Positions 60,019 to 64,000 of a DNA stretch of 64,000 nucleotides are shown here, in pieces; position 1 is the first letter of the stretch, and each line of letters starts with the position of its first letter. The position numbers and the translations under genes are program-made. Source of the DNA: the human T2T-CHM13v2.0 reference genome, Homo sapiens. A model generated the notes under the pieces. The model saw nothing but the letters and a program-made list of their open reading frames with translations. It was not told the origin of the DNA and searched no databases. Location: the NCBI RefSeq assembly GCF_009914755.1, contig NC_060933.1, one strand, 5' to 3'.

Positions 60019-60046
60019 AATGGAATCAACCCGAGTTGATTCCATT
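60019..60046. other. Strand-switch (inversion) junction with 12-bp inverted arms and CGAGT microhomology
   Basis: AATGGAATCAAC-CCGA-GTTGATTCCATT. Forward CAACCCGAGT (60027-60036) overlaps the reverse-strand CAACTCG motif over CGAGT (60032-60036). Confidence 0.97.
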
Positions 60047-63000
60047 GCTTTGCATTCCGTTCCATTCCATTCCTTTTCATTGTATTCGGGTTAATTCCAT
60101 TGCATTCCATTCCATTCCTTTCCATTCCATTCCATTCCATTACAATGGAGTTGATTCCATTCCTTTCCATTCCATTCCATTCCATTCCAGTCCTTTCCAT
60201 TCCATTCCACTCGGGTTGATTCCATTCTATTAGTTTCCATTCCATTCCATTCCCTTCCATTGCACTCTGGTTGATTCCATTCCTTTCCATTTCACTCGAA
60301 TACATTCCGTCCTATTCCACTCGGAACGATTCCATTCCATTCCATTCCATTCCATTCCATTCCATTCCATTCCATTCCATTTCGTTCCATTCCATTCTAT
60401 TCCGTACCATTCCATTCCATTCCATTCCATTCCATTCCATTCCATTCCACTCGTGTTGATTACATTCCTTTCCATTCCATTCAGTTTGAAGGCATTCCAT
60501 TCCATTCAATTCCATTCCATTCCATTCCATTCCATTCCATTCCATTCCATTCCATTCCATTGTACTCGGGTTGATTCCATTCCATTGCATTCTATTCCAT
60601 TCCATTCCATTCCATTCCATTCCATTCCATTCCATTCCGGATGATTCCATTCCATTGCATTCCATTCCATTCCATTCCATTCCCCTGCACTCGGGTTGAT
60701 TACATTCCATTCCCTTCCCTTCCATTCCTTTCCATTCCATTCCATTCCATTCTATTCGGGTGAATTCCATTCCATTCCATTCCATTCCATTCCATTCCAT
60801 TCCATTCCATTCCATTCCATTCCATTCCATTGCAATCGAGTTGATTCCATTACATTCCATTCCATTCCGTTGCGGATGATTCCATTCCATTGCATTCCAT
60901 TCCATTCCATTCCCCTGCAGTCGGTTTGATTCCTTTCCATTCCATTCCATTCCATTCCATTCTATTCCATTCCGTTCCATTCCGTTGCATTCCATTCTAT
61001 TCGGGTTAATTCCATTCCATTCCTTTCCATTCCATTCCAATCGAGTTAATTCCATTCCATTGCATTCCATTCCACTCCATTCCAGTCCTTTCCATTCCAT
61101 TCCACTCGGGTTGATTCCATTCTATTCCTTTCCATTCCATTCCATTGCAATAGAGTTGATTCCACTGCATTGTATTCCATTCCATTCCATTCCATTCCGG
61201 ATGATTCCATTCCATTGCATTCCATTCCATTCCATTCCCCTGCACTCGGGTTGATTCCATTCCATTCCACTCCATTCCCTTCCATTGCATTCCATTCCAT
61301 TGTATTCGGGTTAATTCCATTCCATTCCATTCCATTCCATTCCATTCCATTCCATTACAATCGAGTTGATTCCATTCCATTCCATTCCATTCCATTCCAT
61401 TCCATTCCTTTCCATTCCATTCCACTCGGGTTGATTCCATTCTATTAGTTTCCATTCCATTCCATTCCCTTCCATTCCACTCTGGTTGATTCCATTCCTT
61501 TCCATTCCACTCGAATACATTCCCTCCTATTCCCTCGGAACAATTCCATTCCATTCCATTGCATTCTATTTCATTCCATTTCGTTCCATTCCATTCTATT
61601 CCATTCTGTTCCGTTCCGTTCCATTCCATTCCATTCCATTCTATTCGGGTTAATTCCATTCCATTCCATTCGATTGCAAACGAGTTGATTCCATTCCATT
61701 CTATTCCATTCCATTCCATTCCTTTCCATTCCATTACGGATGATTCCATTCCATTGCATTTTATTCGATTCCATTCCCCTGTACTCGGGTTGATTCCATT
61801 CCATTCCGTTCCATTCAATTCCATTCCTTTCCATTCCGTTCCGTTCCATTCCATTCCATTACAATCGAGTTGATTCCATTCCATTCCATTCCATTCCAGT
61901 CCTTTCCATTCCATTCCACTCGGGTTGATTCCATTCTATTAGTTTCCATTCCATTCCATTCCCTTCCATTCCACTCTGGTTGATTCCATTCCTTTCCATT
62001 CCACTCGAATACATTCCCTCCTATTCCAATCGGAACGATTCCATTCCATTCCATTCCATTCCATTCCATTCCATTCCATTTCGTTCCATTCCATTCTATT
62101 CCGTATCATTCCATTCCATTCCATTCCATTCCATTCCATTGTACTCGGGTTGATTCCATTCCACTGCATTCCATTCCATTCCATTCCATTCCATTCTGTT
62201 GCATTCCAATCCATGCCCTTCCACTCGGGTTGATTTCATTCTTTCCATTCCATTCAAGTTGAATCCATTCCATTGCATTACATTCCATTCGATTCCATTC
62301 GATTGCACTCGGGTTGATTCCATTCCATTGCATTCCATTCCATTCCATTCCATTCCATTCCATTCCGTTCCGTTCCATTCCATTACATTCGGATTGATTC
62401 TATTCAATTCCCTTACACTCCATTACATTCCATTCCATTCGGGTAGTTTCCATTCCATTCCATTCCATTCCTCTCCATTCCATTGCACTCTGGTTGATTC
62501 CATTCCATTGCATACCATTCCATTCCATTCAATTCCATTCCGTTCCATTCCATTCCATTACATTCGGATTGATTCTATTCAACTCCCTTACTCTCCGTTA
62601 CATTCCATTCCATTCGGGTTGTTCCATTCCATTCCATTCCATTCCACTCCATTCCATTGCACTCGGGTTTATTCCATTCCATTCCATTCCATTCCATTCC
62701 ATTCCATTCCATTCCATTCCTGAAGATTCCATTCCATTGCATTCCATTCCATTCCATTCCCCTGCACTCGCATTGATTCCATTGCATTCCATTCCATTCC
62801 ATTCCATTCCGTTCCATTCCATTCCTTTCCGTTCCGTTCCATTCCATTCCATTCCATTCCATTCCGTTCCGTTCCGTTCCGTTCCATTCCATTCCATTCC
62901 ATTCCATTCCGTTCCGTTCCGTTCCGTTCCGTTCCGTTCCGTTCCATTCCGTTCCGTTCCGTTCCGTTCCGTTCCGTTCCGTTCCATTCCATTCCATTCT

Positions 63001-64000
63001 ATTCGGGTTAATTCCATTCCATTCCATTGGATTGCAATCGAGTTGATTCCATTCCATTCCATTCCATTCCATTCCATTCCATTCCATTCCTTTCCATTCC
63101 ATTACGGATGATTCCATTCCACTACATTACATTCCATTCCATTCCCCTGTACTCGGGTTGATTCCATTCCATTCCATTCCATTCCATTCCATTCTATTCC
63201 ATTCCATTCCATTCCGGAAGATTCCATTCCATTGCATTCCATTCCATTCCATTCCCCTGCACTCACGTTGATTCCATTCCATTCCATTCCATTCCATTCC
63301 ATTCCATTCCATTCCATTCCGTTCCGTTCCGTTCCGTTCCATTCCATTCCATTCCATCCTATTCGGGTTAATTGCATTCCAATCTATTCGATTGCCATCG
63401 AGTTGATTCCATTCCATTCCATTCCATTCCATTCCATTCCATTCCATTCCTTTCCATTCCATTACGGATCACTCCATTCCATTGCATTCCATTCCATTCC
63501 ATTCCCCTGTACTCGGGTTGATTCCATTCCATTCCATTCCACTCCATTCGGTTCCGTTGCATTCCATTATATTGCATTCCATTCTATTCGGGTTAATTCC
63601 ATTCCATTCTATTCCATTCCATTCCATTCCATTCCATTGCAATGGAGTTGATTCCATTCCATTCCATTCCATTCCGGATGATTCCATTCCATTGCATTCC
63701 ATTCCATTCCATTCCCCTGCACTCGTGTTGATTCCATTCCCTTCCATTCCATTCCATTCCATTCCATTCTATTCCGATTAATTCCATTCCATTCCATTCC
63801 ATTCCATTCCATTCCATTGCAATCGAGTTGATTCCATTCCATTCCTTTCCATTCCATTCCATTGCCTTGCATTACACTCGGGTTGATTCCAATCCCTTCT
63901 TTCCACTCCATTACATTCCCATCCATTCCAATCGGAATGATTGATTCCATTCCATTCCATTCCATTTCATTCCATTGCAATCCATTCCAATCCATTCCAT
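60037..64000 (-). repeat. Satellite 3 array in inverted orientation (ATTCC on +)
   Basis: (ATTCC)n with ACTCGGGTTG, AATCGAGTTG and ATTCGGGTTA, the reverse complements of the same motif vocabulary. Runs to the window end. Confidence 0.98.
62831..62985 (-). repeat. (GGAAC)n variant-pentamer expansion, CpG-dense patch
   Basis: GTTCC runs of 2, 4, 7 and 7 units at 62831, 62866, 62911 and 62951. Confidence 0.9.

Larger units (their letters stand above)
1..60031 (+). repeat. Satellite 3 (HSat3/SatIII) array, GGAAT strand on +
   Basis: Continuous (GGAAT)n with interspersed CAACCCGAGT decamers, the diagnostic satellite 3 spacer (reverse complement ACTCGGGTTG). No non-satellite insertion seen. Confidence 0.98.

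Noticed and set aside
60019-60046. Rho-independent terminator or transposon terminal inverted repeat
   Set aside because: The context is eukaryotic satellite, with no U-tract, target-site duplication or internal element. The hairpin is explained by head-to-head joining of two satellite spacers.
59458-60305. Chimeric ORFs crossing the junction (59976..60233 +, 59952..60305 -, 59458..60045 -)
   Set aside because: They only reflect the strand switch, with MEWNG turning into FHSIP. There is no evidence of coding function.
77-63995. Hundreds of ORFs (poly-MEWNG and poly-FHSIP), for example 836..2212 (-), 31697..32755 (+), 61006..61914 (-)
   Set aside because: A pure GGAAT repeat has no stop codon in any frame on either strand and an ATG every 5 bp. 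The ORFs overlap in all frames and show no domain, splice or promoter context, so they are not genes.
1-64000. CRISPR-like repeat/spacer appearance
   Set aside because: The spacers are a small reused set of degenerate pentamer derivatives, not unique sequences. There is no constant 23-47 bp repeat, leader or cas gene.
1-64000. Assignment to DYZ1, HSat2, alpha satellite or telomeric repeat
   Set aside because: There is no persistent ~3.6-kb unit, no HSat2 CATTCGATGAT-type unit, no 171-bp AT-rich monomer or CENP-B box, and no TTAGGG. The 3.2-kb repeat has only two full copies.
60000-64000. Sequencing fold-back (palindromic read) artefact
   Set aside because: The inverted arm is not the reverse complement of 56000-60000. 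It has a different module order and private variants. Read-level confirmation is still needed.
1-64000. Alu, L1, ERV or other inserted element
   Set aside because: Every stretch can be parsed as pentamer derivatives, and no poly(A) tail or complex sequence was seen.

Overview
The whole 64 kb window is classical satellite 3 (HSat3/SatIII-type) DNA of human or ape origin. It consists of (GGAAT)n pentamers punctuated by a small set of recurring variant motifs (CAACCCGAGT, CAACTCGATT, CAACGCGAGT, TAACCCGAAT, CAATCCGAAT, CATCC/CTTCC and others). I found no genes, RNA genes, transposon insertions or non-satellite sequence. Every ORF in the track is a poly-MEWNG or poly-FHSIP artefact of a stop-free pentamer. 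The main structural event is a strand-switch (inversion) junction at ~60032-60036. It has a 5-nt microhomology, a 12-bp hairpin and an adjacent 30-nt segment identical to sequence ~1 kb upstream. The array has no single regular higher-order repeat. It is a patchwork of nested duplications (offsets ~15.45 kb, ~7.3 kb, ~3.2 kb, ~1.27 kb, 444 bp, 240 bp) built from shuffled modules. Recurrent embedded motifs include about 40 perfect heat-shock elements, about 35 copies of a 14-bp palindrome and a two-module dimer with a conserved 175-bp spacing. The sequence does not support a new protein-coding system; the interesting signals are structural or regulatory. All counts and breakpoints were read by eye and are approximate. 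The subfamily and chromosome cannot be fixed from the sequence alone (chr9q12-type HSat3B is a guess).
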